In this document: piece after piece, positions 1 to 12,832 of the stretch
How positions within the stretch are numbered: the stretch's first letter is position 1
Layout: the number at the start of each line of letters is the position of its first letter
Source of the DNA: Octopus vulgaris
Taxonomy: Eukaryota
Length of the DNA stretch: 64,000 nucleotides
Reading direction: 5' to 3'
Assembly (NCBI GenBank): GCA_951406725.2
Contig: OX597819.1
Coordinates: forward strand, 95,108,001-95,172,000
Notes under the pieces: model-generated
Seen by the model: only the letters and a program-made list of their open reading frames with translations
Told to the model about the DNA's origin: nothing
Databases searched by the model: none
Translations under genes and position numbers: made by a program

Positions 1-166
1 TAGTCAATCAAATGGATTTCTACACAGTTTTTGTCTTCACACAAAGCCTGGGTCGACTATAAGAGTATGTTAGAAGACAGAAGGATCGAACCAGAAAGAG
101 CTTTATGATCGAGAATCGAACTGCTTAACCACAACACAATATCCATATTATGTGTACGAGTGTGCG

Positions 167-247
<81 letters not shown>

Positions 248-550
248 TATACTTGGGGATGGTCATTTCTTTTTGCCAATTATGTGTGTGTGTGTATATA
301 TATATAGAGAGAGAGATAAATATATATACATACACACACACACACACATCTACACAGATATACATACATATATATGTGCGTGTATATATATATACACACA
401 TATATGTATGAATGTATGTTAGTATGTATATATATATATATTTGTATATATGTATATATGTGTGTGTATATATATATGCAAATACACACACATATGTATG
501 TGTATATATACTTATATCTATATATATGTGTGTATGTATGTATATATACT

Positions 551-763
551 CTTTTACTTGTTTCAGTCATTTGATTGTGGCCATGCTGGAGCACCGCCTT
601 TAGTCGAGCAAATCGCCCCCAGGACTTATTCTTTGTAAGCCTAGTACTTATTCTATCGTTTTCTTTTGCCGAACCGCTAGGTTACGGGGACATAAACACA
701 CCAGTATCGGTTGTCAAGCAATGTTGGGGGGACAAACACAGACACACAAACATATACATATAC

Positions 764-806
<43 letters not shown>

Positions 807-934
807 TATATTCGACGGGCTTCTTTCAGTTTCCGTCTACCAAATCCACTCATAAGGCTTTGGTTGGCCCGAGGCTATAGTAGAAGGCACTTGCCCAAGG
901 TGCCACGCAGTGGGACTGAACCCGGAACCATGTG
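551..934 (-). mobile_element. tRNA-derived SINE with internal microsatellite (5'-truncated head)
   Basis: Minus strand reads GGTTCCGGGTTCAGTCCCACTGCGTGGCACCTTGGGCAAG (B-box-like head), then a body, a (TA)/(TG) tract and a 3' ...CCAGCATGGCCAC...CTGAAACAAGTAAAAG tail. Homologous pieces occur near 8480, 13570, 44860 and 46270. Confidence 0.8.
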
Positions 935-949
935 TATATAATATATATA

Positions 950-1090
950 TATGATACATCAAGTACAGGACATCACCAAAGAGTGAAAATTACGTAAACA
1001 CATGAGAGACAAGTACAGGACAAATTATCAAAAAAAAGTCTATCTCCCCCTCAGTTGTCAACTGTTAATTACTACCTATTTCGAACATCA
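950..1090 (-). repeat. Probable Penelope-like pLTR fragment, homologous to 40110-40295
   Basis: The reverse complement shares TTCGAAA...ACTGA..GGG...TTGTCCTGTACT...TGTCCTGT with 40118-40295. Confidence 0.5.
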
Positions 1091-3810
1091 ACGACAATAT
1101 AGGTAAAGTTCATAAACAGCAGCTTCCAGAAATTTTTGAAATATAAAATTTCTGGAGAGTCAGAACCTCGAGGGAACAAACAACGGCAGAATGGACGTAC
1201 AGAGTAAACAATAGACGAATACAAAGATAAACATTAAGGGCCGTCAGGCCGCACACGCGCTCAGAGAATATGTAAACAGAGTAATGTAAAAAACACGTAT
1301 ATGAATACTGAGAACAGAATATAACCACACGCCAACACAGTAGTATGTAAAGATGTAAACACACACAGTTACTTACATATACATACTACGCAGTAAGAAC
1401 AAACATATACATACCATATGAGAGCATGAAAATCAGTTTCTCTACATTATAGTGTAGATGCACAAATATTACACTGGCATCGACAATATTATTTTGCTAT
1501 ACATTTCAAATATGGAACGATATCGACGACAATTACGTTAGTTTTTGATATTTGCAAGACAACAGACTGTTAAGTCCAGCCATATGCACGTTCCTCTGAT
1601 ATGAAAACAAGAATATATTACAATGCATTAATGTTTTTTTACATCTTTGCAATATGTAAATTGAATATGTCTTTGATTTTGACGTAAGTTAGGTCTGTTT
1701 ATTTACTAAAGCAAGTATAGTCAGAACAGAAGAGGTGACAAGTGCATGTTTTTGAAGATGTTCTTTCCTATATACACACATGCCAATGAAACATTCTAAA
1801 AAAGGAATGAGGAACCTCTTGCCTGTTGACAAAATTTTGCGTGCATTCACGTTTGAAAAATGATTTACGCCTAAAGTCTTAAACAGCAACTGAAGTTGTA
1901 TACCTATGAATTTTTAAAATTAGAAAGATTCGCTATTTTTCCTCAGCAGAGATACGTTCCACAGATTTGTAATTTGCCCTTAGTACAAAAAGGATCCTCC
2001 TCTCACATACCCTGCATCTAATTGGCTGCTTGATCTGCAAGAAATAGTAACCAAATCTTCAAATCACACCCTACCATCTTAAAAAAAAACTTAAGTAAAT
2101 ATTGAAGATCCAGCAAAGATTCAAGTGAAAATGCTTGTAAGGGTGAGAAAGAAAGTGTGCATGTGTGTGTGAGAGAGAGAGAGACTGTGTGCACATGTGC
2201 ATGTGTACACATGTGTTCTATTTGTGTATGGTAGGGATTGGCGTAGGTTCTGTGAAAGGCGAAAGTGGTCAAACATCTTATTTATGGTTAGTGTCTGACT
2301 TTTTGAATGGACGGGGAGGGGGAGTGCATGCATGTATAGACATTCAAGTCCAGCTTTACTTATTTTGGGGATGGTACAAACCAAATTATAATTTAATGAC
2401 TCATAGAATCAGTAATCTAGTAGACAGACAAACCTGATGAGGTCACAAATGGCAACGAAAGAAGTCTGCAAAAATCTTGCTGATTGATTAACCAAATGAT
2501 TAATCAAACAGGCAATTAGTTAATTGGTTACATGGTCAACTAGTTGACTAATATTAACAAAAGAAAGTGAAATAAAACCAGTACATGTGTTTATTATTGG
2601 CATAATGACCCTCCTGAGGTATGACAAAATCTATTCCAACACACGAGTTCACATCAAAGAATCTTGCCAACTCAATACAAAAATGAAATAAATTTTATAC
2701 TCAAATGTATTGAATATTCTCTCAGTTTAATGTTCAATTGCCTTTATGCATGACTATACATAAGACACACATAGCAGATTATTTTAGTTCAAATGTTTGA
2801 TTCTTGAAATCTCTTTTATGTAATCTTAGGTAATTATTATCAAGCTTTTCAAATTTGAGCCTAACATAAGTAATAATGTATATGATATTCTAGTCAAGCA
2901 AAGACCATGACATGACACTAAATTGGTGCTTAACAATATTACATAACAACGACCACACATTAGATCACAATAAATGTATTTATGGTGTGGTGAAATGACA
3001 GAATATTTCGACTTCATTGATTCAACTGAGGAGTTAAAACCAATGGAAGATAATATTATAATATTAGTTAAAACCAACGGAAGATAATATAACTCACTTT
3101 AAATGTCCAACAAATCTAACTGAATTAAGAAGTTTGGGGGATTGGTTATTCAACTTCCTGATTTACATTTAACCACAAAAAATCTGCAATGGAAACTGAT
3201 AAAAAAGAGAGGCAGACAAAGACTGCAAGATTTTGGTGCAGTGGTAAAAATGAGGAAAAATTTGAGGGATTTAAACATTGCATAATATCATATCTAAAAT
3301 TATTACTCTATTAACACAAACAGAAAGGTCCTATGTTGATGTCAGTCCAAGACAAACCACATTCAAAGATTAAATAACAGTATTGTAAACCGGAAAAGTA
3401 CACTTACTTTAGTATGAGCATGTGAAATATTATACACATATCAATATGAAAAATCACTCAACTGTTTCACTACTAATAACATTATATAGCAAAAAGGGGA
3501 AATATTTCACCAAGAATACTTCACTAAGGGCTTATGAGAATGTTATCCAACAATTACCAACAACACTTTATAAAAGATCCAGCAAATAGACTTAATTTAC
3601 CAATAAATATCAAAAGGAGAAAATGTTGTTTAGTCACTTTTCTAACTTACTACTGATTAATAAATATATACTCATGTATTGAGTTCTGTTTCTCTAGTTT
3701 ATTCTACCAAACACATATATAAATACACACATGGATATACATACATATATATATATATATCACACACACACACACATATATGTATGCATACATATATACA
3801 CATGTGTATA

Positions 3811-5093
3811 CAGGGTGTGATGGGTAAATTGTCACCATTTTATATTTTTAATTTTGTGCATGCCCATTGCTTGTCTTTGATTTTGTCAACTACACAATAT
3901 AGTAGGGCCAGTTGGGCACGGTCTGTGAGGAAAACAGCACCATGATGCAATTCACTCTGCCAGAAATTTGGAAACAACATGCTGTACTGCTTGGCATTTA
4001 TGCCAGAAGCTCCAGTACAAACATTTCAGAGTGAATGGATATCAACCTGAGGACAGTGTAGAGGATTCGGAAACAGTTGGGTGAGTCTAATGGTGATTAT
4101 GAAGGTACAGCAGCTCAGAAAACTCACTCTGATTGTTCTGATAATAAAAGAACTCGTGATTTTGTTGGTGAAATCCAGGCCATGATTGACAACAATCCCT
4201 CCAAGGTCCATCACCAGGGACATGGGAGTGTCTGAGTTTCTTATCAGGCAGGTAGTGCATGAAGATGTGCAAGATGGGAAAAGGCCAATTTTTATCCCAA
4301 GCCATCGAGGACAAGAGGAAAGACTGTTCTATGAAGCTTTTGAACAAACTCATGCGTCCCCTCCAACCAAACAGGCTTTGGTTTTTCTCAGACAAAAAAA
4401 AATTCTGCCAAGATCAGATGGTGAACACAAGGAACAACCATTGGCTTGTTTTGTCCTAAAAAATTGTACCGAGGGTGATAAAAATCAAACATCCAGTTAA
4501 CATCATGGTGTTTGGAGTGATCACTTGTGATGATGATGTTATGCCTCCATTCATCTTCCCACACGACCTCAGACTCAACACAGAAGCCTACATCAAGTGC
4601 ATGTAGGAGGTAGTGCTGCCCTGGCTCAAAAGAATGGTTGCTGGAAGACCCTATGTCTGGCAACAGGACTCTACTCCATGCCACACAAGCACAAGAACAC
4701 AGTCATGGCTGTCAGACAATTTCTGTGACCACATCAACCCTAACATCTGGCTGCCTAACTCCCCAGACTGCAACCTACTTGCTTAATATGCGTAGGGCGC
4801 AGTTGAACGAGAGACTTACAATACTCCTTGTTAACATCAAAGATGAACTGAAGGCAAGGATTATGGCAGCATTCTACAGCTTGAACAAGGAGATTGTCCA
4901 GAAGAGTTACTGGAGATTCCAAAGTTGTCTGGAGGCCATGATTGAAACTAATGGTGATTTTATTGAATAAATTTACTCTTTAGTATTTCAAGATATTTTT
5001 ATGTAATTTTGATAAATATATCTGTTAAAATGAGATGTCAGTGTTATTTTCATTTTTGCATAATTTAGACAACAATTTATTCACTGCACCCTG
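3811..5093 (+). mobile_element. Full-length degenerate Tc1/mariner transposon, DD37D (maT) type
   Basis: TA TSDs at 3809-10 and 5094-95. Imperfect TIRs CAGGGTG.....(G/A)TAAATTGT. Length 1283 bp, with a transposase remnant inside. Confidence 0.9.
3942..4970 (+). pseudogene. Disrupted DD37D transposase
   Basis: Motifs WFFSD, VMVFGVI, YVWQQDSTPCH and IWLPNSPDCNLL[A]*. There are 37 residues between the second D and the mutated third D (GCT). Multiple stops and frameshifts. Confidence 0.85.
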
Positions 5094-5439
5094 TACATGC
5101 ATACATACACACACATATATACAAACATGCATTTATATTTATAAACACATACATGTTTGCAGACATACACATATACCTCTACACACACATACATATATGT
5201 ATATTTAAACACACACACTCACATACACAGGTATATTTGTATCTATGGAGAACAGCTTTTCTTTCAAACAAGTTTTCATTAAATTTTCTTGTATCTCTGT
5301 GTATCAGATTCTTATAGTTTGGAACAATAACTTCCCAAACTCACCTTTATTGACATTTTTCAAGTATCTCAACCTCATCTCAGAATTGGTTTCTATGTTT
5401 CCCTTTTTATAATGAGCAGATTATATTTATACAGACTTT

Positions 5440-6880
5440 CTTGCCAGATCTTTAGATTTTTACTGCATGAGATTTGCATTTGTGATGTGTGTATTACTTG
5501 TAGCCTTGAGTTGTGATGGGGAATTCTATAAAGTAGGGAAGTGTTTTCTGTTAATAATTTCCTATAATAAAGCTTTGTTTTATGGTCTGTTTTAGAGTGT
5601 TGCAATTGCTCCTTCTTTTAAATACATGGTAAGCCTACAAGTGAGTGTTGTACTTGTTTGGCCAATGAAACAGTTGGAATTGCAACTTTCACAGTCAAAT
5701 TTTATAAATTACATTGGTCATGTTAAGTTTGTATTTGAGTTTCAATGCATGTGGTGATATAAACTTAACTTGACCAAGACTGCTTCTGGGTCAATGATAG
5801 AAGCTTCCTGTTTTAATGTGATCTAAATTAAAACCTTCTGTAAAATTTCGTGTTAATTCATGCTTAAGAATGACAAACTTATTTTACTAAATTCTTGATT
5901 ATTTTCGAAAGTAATCGAAACAAAGTCAAAAGAAGGGTTGTGATCTTGTAATATGTTACTAGTGTCAGTTTATTGTTTGTTGTAATGCATTTTGTATTTT
6001 GTTTTATTATATTTTTGAGTGTGTTCATTGGCTCTATACCTGATATACATTTGATCCATATAATACACTTTGTAATGTGTTTATTTTTAGCAGGGGTACT
6101 GTCTGATCTTATTGTTGCATTGTATTTCTGTCTACATTCATCAGTAGCTTGGTCTACTAGCCTGTTTGAATATCTTGGTAAATATAGTTTGTTATATTTT
6201 GTGGATTTCTTTTATCTAGTGTCTTCATTTGTGGAAGAGAATCTAGATCCTGCTCTAAGAAGTGATTTACCACTGACATTTTGTTGTTATGGAGGAATTT
6301 TGCTATCTTCATGTAAACATATGCATTCATTTGTGTCTTTTGTGTAAACTGATACTGATGTAATGTATCAATTGTTTTTAATCTGAATGTAATGTTTAGA
6401 AACGGAGTCATATTAAGATTGTTTTGAATGTAAAGTTTTAGGATTGATTTGTTTCTAGGTATTATTCTGATGTATCCATTACAAGTATATCTACATATCT
6501 AGTGTATACTGTATGTTAGTGTTTAGGTATTATTTTGTTTTCTAGTGAAGCTAGGTAGAACGAAGTAAATGCAGGCCCAAGGGAAGAACTCATAGCTACT
6601 TGTTTTTTGTTTACAGATCTTGCTTCAAGACTAGCAAAAAGGTATTTCTGTTGTGCAGGCTACTATTAGTATTTCTAAATAATTTTGCTGCTATCATGGC
6701 TGGCTTTATTTTTGGGTGTTCGTATACATTATCTAATATCAAGTCTATTGGGTAGAAAAGATACTTCCTTTATTGTTTCTTCTAAAATATCTAAAATCTC
6801 TTCCAATGACTTGTGTATTTTTGGTAATATTATTTATTTGTTTGGTGATTTTAAGTGTTAATTCCTAAAAAGCACCTGTG
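5440..6880 (-). mobile_element. Highly degenerate Penelope-like retroelement (RT + GIY-YIG)
   Basis: Minus-strand translations: VAMSSSLGPAFTSFYLASLE (about 6600-6540), YTRYVD, PFLN, TSVYTKDT. GIY-YIG segment NVIYK..CESC....FIGQTSTTLTCRLTM at about 5720-5625. An apparent unrelated insert lies at about 5760-5945. Confidence 0.8.
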
Positions 6881-7039
6881 AAGTAAAATTATGTAGCAAC
6901 ATCAAATGGCAGTGCCCCAGCATGGCCACAGCTCATAAGCTGAACTACATTAAATCAAATCAAATCAGATCACTATATATATAAATGTATATATATATAT
7001 TTGTGAGTCAAGTACATCAACACCAAAATAAAAATCAAA

Positions 7040-7306
7040 TGGAAATTGTAGTTGTGATACTTGTGTCGATGGCACATAAAAGGCACCATCTGAATGTGGC
7101 CAATGCCAGTGCCGCCTTGACTGGCTTCCATGCCGGTGGCACGTAAAAAGCACCAACCGATCATGGCTATTGCCAGCTTCCCTTGGCACCTGTGCCGGTG
7201 GCATGTTAAAAGCAACCACTACACTCATGGAGTGGTTGGCGTTAGGAAGGGTATCCAGCTGTAGAAATACTGCCAGATCAGACTGGAGCCTGGTGCAGCC
7301 TTCTGT
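7040..7306 (+). mobile_element. SINE-like element with internal GGTGGCACGTAAAAAGCACC repeats and RTE-like tail (partial)
   Basis: Three internal units are followed by GGTTGGCGTTAGGAAGGG.ATCCAGC.GTAGAAA, which is shared with the copies at 7953, 9611, 9857 and 12833. Confidence 0.75.
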
Positions 7307-7952
7307 ATGGACATACACGCTCGCCATGAGTGTATTTACACCTTTACTTTTTACTCTTATTGCTTATCTTTTATACTTTTTTATACATTTTTCTGTATTT
7401 TGCCTTTAGCCCTGTTTTTTCTTGTGCATGTGTGTATGAACCTTTTTATGTGTGTGTGTGTGTATGTATATATTTTTATTTTTTGGCAAATGTGTGGGTA
7501 AGCATGTGTGTGTTTCAAGTGAGGGTGGATGACTATATACATATAGGCACATGTACATGGGCGTGCGGGCATGCAAGTGTATGTATGGGCACGCACGCTT
7601 ACGCGATTGCTATGAATATTTTTACTCCCTCCCCTCAAAGGATTAAAATTTACTCTCTCTCTCTCATATATATATATAGATAGATAGATATAGATATATA
7701 CATAATGCATATATGAACAATATAATAATTACTTTCTATTTTTGGTTTGGTTAGATGAAAATCTGATGAATTTTGTATATTTTTTGTATATAAATCATAA
7801 CTATAAAAATTACAAATATTTCGTATTGTTCTAAAAAGTAATTTGACTAGCATAAGATTTAGTGAATACACACATCTCATTCTTTAACACTTATTTATAT
7901 AGAATAATTTGTATATGAATATTTAGTAATATCACTACAACAACCCAATAAT

Positions 7953-8290
7953 CATCATCATCATCATCATCATCATTTAACATCCGTTGTCCATACTGGC
8001 ATGGGCTGAATGGTCCGACCAGAGTTGGCAAGCTGGTGAGCTACCAGGCTCCAATCTGATTCAGTGTAGTTTCTATGACTGGATGCCCTTTCTAATGCCA
8101 ACCACTTTGCAGAGTATGCAGGGTGCTTTTACACGACACTGGTGCTTTTATATGACATTGCGCAGGTGCTTTTACATGGCACCACACAAGTGCTTTTATG
8201 TGGTACTGCATGGGCATTTTTACATGGTACCGCATGGGCACTTTTGCATAGCACCAACACGAGTGCTTTTTATGTGGCACTAGCACAGGA
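7953..8290 (-). mobile_element. Same SINE-like family; internal array of about 21-22 bp units
   Basis: (CAT)n tail on the + strand, family tail sequence, then about 8 tandem GGTGCTTTTA(C/T)(A/G)TGGCAC-type units. Confidence 0.75.
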
Positions 8291-8477
8291 TTCTTGCAGG
8301 ACAATTCTCTCCACCAGGCAAACTGGACTTAAAATTAACACTTCTGCTGTGGAGTATGGGTCTTGAGTACAGCAAGGTACCAGGCATCCAGGTCCTTTAC
8401 CATCTTGTCTGAAAGGTTCAGTGTCCTGAGGTCATTCTTCACTACTTCATAAAAATTTTGATAATTTTGGATAATTA

Positions 8478-8737
8478 GGTGCAGTCATGGCTGTGTAAGA
8501 AGCTTTCTTTGGAAGCACTTGGTTTCAGGCTCTGCCCACTGCACTATACCTTAGGCAAGTGTCTTATTCTAGAGCCTTGAACCAGTCAATACCACATAAG
8601 TAAATTTGGTTGATGGAAACTGTGTGGAAGCCTTGCAGAATCAATAGCATACCAGACAAAGTACTAATTGAACACTGGAATTGATGAAATTGATTAGTCC
8701 CCTCTGCACAAAGGCCTTGTGTCTATAGTAGAAAGGA
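8478..8737 (+). mobile_element. Degenerate tRNA-derived SINE
   Basis: Head GGTGCAGTCATGGCTGTG...CCTTAGGCAAGTGTC is homologous to the 551-934 family. Confidence 0.6.
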
Positions 8738-9018
8738 TACATACATATATATATATATAATGGTGTAATAAAGTATTGATTGGGTATTATCTGATGGTTG
8801 ATGATTGATTGATTTAAGTATGTTTCTCCATTTTCTCATTTTGTATTATTAATTTACGGTAATATTTTTACCCTTGCCCACATAATACAGTAGATGAATT
8901 AATTGCATGGCAATTTTTAACATTTATGTATTAGTCTTGTTGGGTACCTCTCTAGCAGTATATTGGATATATGTTATCCCATGGAGGGTTGAATTTACAA
9001 CCCCTATCTCATTTTATA

Positions 9019-9063
<45 letters not shown>

Positions 9064-9084
9064 TATACATGTATATATAATATA

Positions 9085-9450
9085 TAGTTGGAATTTACAA
9101 AAAAACAAAAGACGAAGACGGGTGTGTAAAAAAGAAACAGATGTTTCTGAAGTGAGAAGTGTCTCACTGAGAGAACAGAAGTGAAAGTCTTTTACATTTC
9201 GAGCCTATGCTCTTCAACAGGAATGAACACAGAAATAAGCAGAGAGAGAAAATATAAAAGGTTTAGTGGCTAGCGATCAATCACATAGCTGAAATTTATA
9301 GAAAAACAAAAAACAAAGACAAGTGTATAAACAACAGCAGGTGTATTAGTTTGAAGCTCAGGAAAAGTGAAAAAAGTATTTTAGGTTTTGAGCCTATGCT
9401 CTTCAACTGAAAGGAATAAGAGAAAATAAACTTGTGGATTTAGTGGTCAA
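9085..9450 (-). mobile_element. Two tandem Penelope-like pLTR units with degenerate minimal hammerhead cores
   Basis: Two units of about 200 bp, homologous to the terminal repeat (40455-40600) of the Penelope element. Minus strand reads CTGTTGA-A-GAGC-ATAG-GCTC-GAAA-TG-TA. Confidence 0.65.
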
Positions 9451-9515
9451 GCATATATATATACATATATATACACATATATATATACATACATATATAT
9501 AGACATATATATATG

Positions 9516-9551
<36 letters not shown>

Positions 9552-9610
9552 CATACATATATATATATACATACATATACATATATACATATATATATGT
9601 ATATATATCA

Positions 9611-9748
9611 TTGGCGTTAGGAAGGACATCCAGCCGTAGAAACACTGCCAGATCAGACTGGGCCTGATGCAGCCTTCTGGCTTCACAGACCCCAGTTGAA
9701 CCGTCCAACCCATGCTAGCATGGAAAGCGGACGCTAAATGATGATGAT
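9611..9748 (+). mobile_element. 5'-truncated SINE/RTE-like tail ending in (GAT)n
   Basis: TTGGCGTTAGGAAGG...CATGCTAGCATGGAAAGCGGACGCTAAATGATGATGAT. Confidence 0.8.
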
Positions 9749-9781
<33 letters not shown>

Positions 9782-9803
9782 CATACATACATATATACAT
9801 ACA

Positions 9804-9842
<39 letters not shown>

Positions 9843-9856
9843 GCATACGTATATAT

Positions 9857-10545
9857 ATCATCATCATCATCATCATCATTTAGCGTCCGTTCTCCATGCT
9901 AGCATGGGTTGGACGGTTCAACTGGGGTCTGTGAAGCTGGAAGGCTTCATCAGGCCCAGTCAGATCTGGCAGTGTTTCTACGGCTGGATGCCCTTCCTAA
10001 CGCCAACCACTCCGTGAGTGTAGTGGGTGCTTTTTACGTGCCAGACAGAGCTGGCAAACGGCCACGAACGGATGGGGCTTTTACGTGTCACCGGCACGGG
10101 GCCAGGCGAGGCTGGCAACGGACACGAATGGATGGTGCTTTTACGTGCCACCAACACGGGGGCCAGACAGAGCTGGCAAACGGCCACGAAACGGATGGTG
10201 CTTTTACGTTCACCGGCACGGGGGCTAGGCAAGGCTGGCAACGGGCACGAACGGATGGTGCTTTTACATGCCACCGACACGGGGGCCAGACAGGGCTGGC
10301 AAACGGCCACGAACGGATGGTGCTTTTACGTGTCACCGGCACGGGGGCCAGGCGAGGCTGGCAACGGACACGAATGGATGGTGCTTTTACATGTCACCGA
10401 CATGGGGGCCAGACAGGGCTGGCAAACGGACACGAACGGATGGTGCTTTTACATGTCACCGACATGGGGGCCAGACAGGGCTGGCAAACGGCCACGAACG
10501 GATGGTGCTTTTACGTGTCACCTGCACGGGGGCCCTGATGTTGAT
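9857..10545 (-). mobile_element. SINE-like element with 9-unit, about 60 bp internal minisatellite
   Basis: Family tail at 9857-10010, followed by 9 GCTTTTAC-anchored units between about 10025 and 10530. Confidence 0.85.
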
Positions 10546-10575
10546 CGACCTCAATTTGGTTTGATCTTGATTTTT

Positions 10576-10630
<55 letters not shown>

Positions 10631-10644
10631 AATATATATATATA

Positions 10645-10711
10645 TATCATCATTCATCATTTAGTGTCCGCTTTCCATGCTAGCATGGGTTATATATATA
10701 TACATATATAC

Positions 10712-10755
<44 letters not shown>

Positions 10756-10824
10756 TCATTCATCATTTAGTGTCCACTTTCCATGCTAGCATGGGTTATA
10801 TCTATACATATATATATACATATA

Positions 10825-10894
<70 letters not shown>

Positions 10895-10945
10895 TACATC
10901 AGCATCATCATCATTTAACATCCGTTTTCCACGCTAGCATGGCTT

Positions 10946-10986
<41 letters not shown>

Positions 10987-11024
10987 CATGCATGCATACA
11001 TACATAGACAGATAGATATAGATG

Positions 11025-11065
<41 letters not shown>

Positions 11066-11093
11066 TCATCATCATCATCATCGTTTAGCGTCT

Positions 11094-11095
<2 letters not shown>
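10645..11095 (-). repeat. Cluster of four 30-50 bp tail fragments embedded in microsatellite
   Basis: ATCATCATT..AGTGTCC.CTTTCCATGCTAGCATGGGTT-like sequence at about 10645, 10752, 10900 and 11063. Confidence 0.75.
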
Positions 11096-11143
<48 letters not shown>

Positions 11144-11869
11144 GCATATATACATGCACAGATGTATGTATGTATTATGTAATGTATCTAAGTGTGTTTT
11201 CTTGAGTTTGTTTATTCCCCAACCACTTCTAACAACTTGTGTAAGTTTGTTTACATTCTAGAACTTAGCAGTATGGCAAAAGAAATTGAGAAAGTACCAG
11301 ACTAGAGAAAAGTTAAGTACTGGGATCATTTCAACTAAACCCTTTAAGGCAGTGCCCCAGCATAGCTGCCGTCTATAGACTAAAACTAATAAAGAATAAA
11401 AAGAAAGGTAAAAGACACGATGTAAATCTTGGCCTTTGCTCGTGTGTGTGTGTGTCTGTGTGTGTGCCTATAGGTCTGTTTGTATGTGTATAAGTGAATA
11501 CAACATAGAATGATAATTTACTTTACAGTCACAAGGTCCCAGGTTGGATCTGACTCTCTTGAGACTCTAGAGATTATCTCCAATTCTCCACTTCTCATTT
11601 AAAGTTGACTGCATTTACCATCAGGCATTTGTTCGCCTTCTCTCAAAAAGTAGGTAATTTCCATAAATTGAAAATTCATCTTGTGGCATTTAATATATGC
11701 ATGTGTGCATTTGAGAGAAAGAGAGAGAGAGAGTATATGTGTGTGTGTCTATGCCATAATAAGCATGTGAGTATTGCATATATAATTTTTGCACCAGTGT
11801 GTGTGTGTATGTATATATACACATACACATACTCATGTATGTATGTGTGTAAGTATGTATATATGTTTT

Positions 11870-12530
11870 GTTTTTAGTCCTGCTGGGTACTTAGCAACCT
11901 TCCTCAACAGACAAGCCTAGTGGGGGTGCTGGTTTAGTCACTAACAACCTGACTATGCAACAGGTTGTACAGAATGCCATGTTACCTGTAGCACTCATGA
12001 GAAGTCTCACAAGCAACCAGACAAATGAACCTAACAATAGAACAGACCTCAGAAATTCTGGGTTGTGTCAATCCAATGTGTATGAGGCACTGCTTAGCTT
12101 TGTGAAAGCATTTCTTTATAAGATGGCTCTGATATAAAACCAAATATGAAGGGAGTGGTACTGAACATTTTGGGGAGCTTTTCCTTGTTCTTGAGATCAT
12201 GGTGCTCCCACATTCCTAAGCCTGTGACCCATACTGGCACTGGATTTCTTAGCCTGGCCTGTCTCTAAATCATGTCAGTAGGGTAGAGAGGATCTGTGAT
12301 GTGCTGTGCAAGCCTTATTGGACCTAAAATTTTTGATCATGCAGTTGCCAATGAAGTGACTATTCAAAACGCAGTCAAGTAGGACATCACAGCGAGCATG
12401 GAGGCTGCAGACACAAACCTGAGTGAAGCTGGTTGCTGGTGCAATAATCTCATGCATGGGCATTAGTCATCTCATGCAATAGTCAGTGATGGCCTTCTTT
12501 GGTCACAAGTGGACAGCCATCATCATTACC
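11870..12530. repeat. Unclassified interspersed repeat (second copy at 31945-32340)
   Basis: Shared blocks, e.g. TGAGATCATGG..TCCCACATT, TGTGCAAGCCTTATTGGACCTAAAATTTT and CAGCGAGCATGGA. Both copies end in CATCATCAT. Confidence 0.7.
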
Positions 12531-12832
12531 ATATTATGTATGTGTAGTAAACAACCTTGAATATTTGTAAATATAGAATGTGTTTATGTCAGTTAAGAGA
12601 GCAACTTTGAAGATATGCCAAGAACTATTAACATGGAGCAAGAAACAAGAAGATTTCACCTTTACTTAAACAGATGTCAATTTTCTGTTATTCTAACATT
12701 TGCAATGACCATTACCAAATCATGTATATTTTCATTTTCTCTTGCACTCATTTTCAATTCAAATAATTACTATAAACACAAATATTTATGAATGCACACA
12801 CAAAAGAAAGTCACTTTAGTTTTTTAAATTAA

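Noticed and set aside
57-640. Numerous YI/CV/HT-rich ORFs here and throughout the window
   Set aside because: They are translations of (TA)n, (CA)n and (TACA)n microsatellites, which lack stop codons.
9909-10683. 200-aa repetitive ORFs and a CRISPR-like repeat-spacer appearance
   Set aside because: The spacers are homologous to each other, the array lies inside a SINE-like element, the context is eukaryotic and no cas genes are present.
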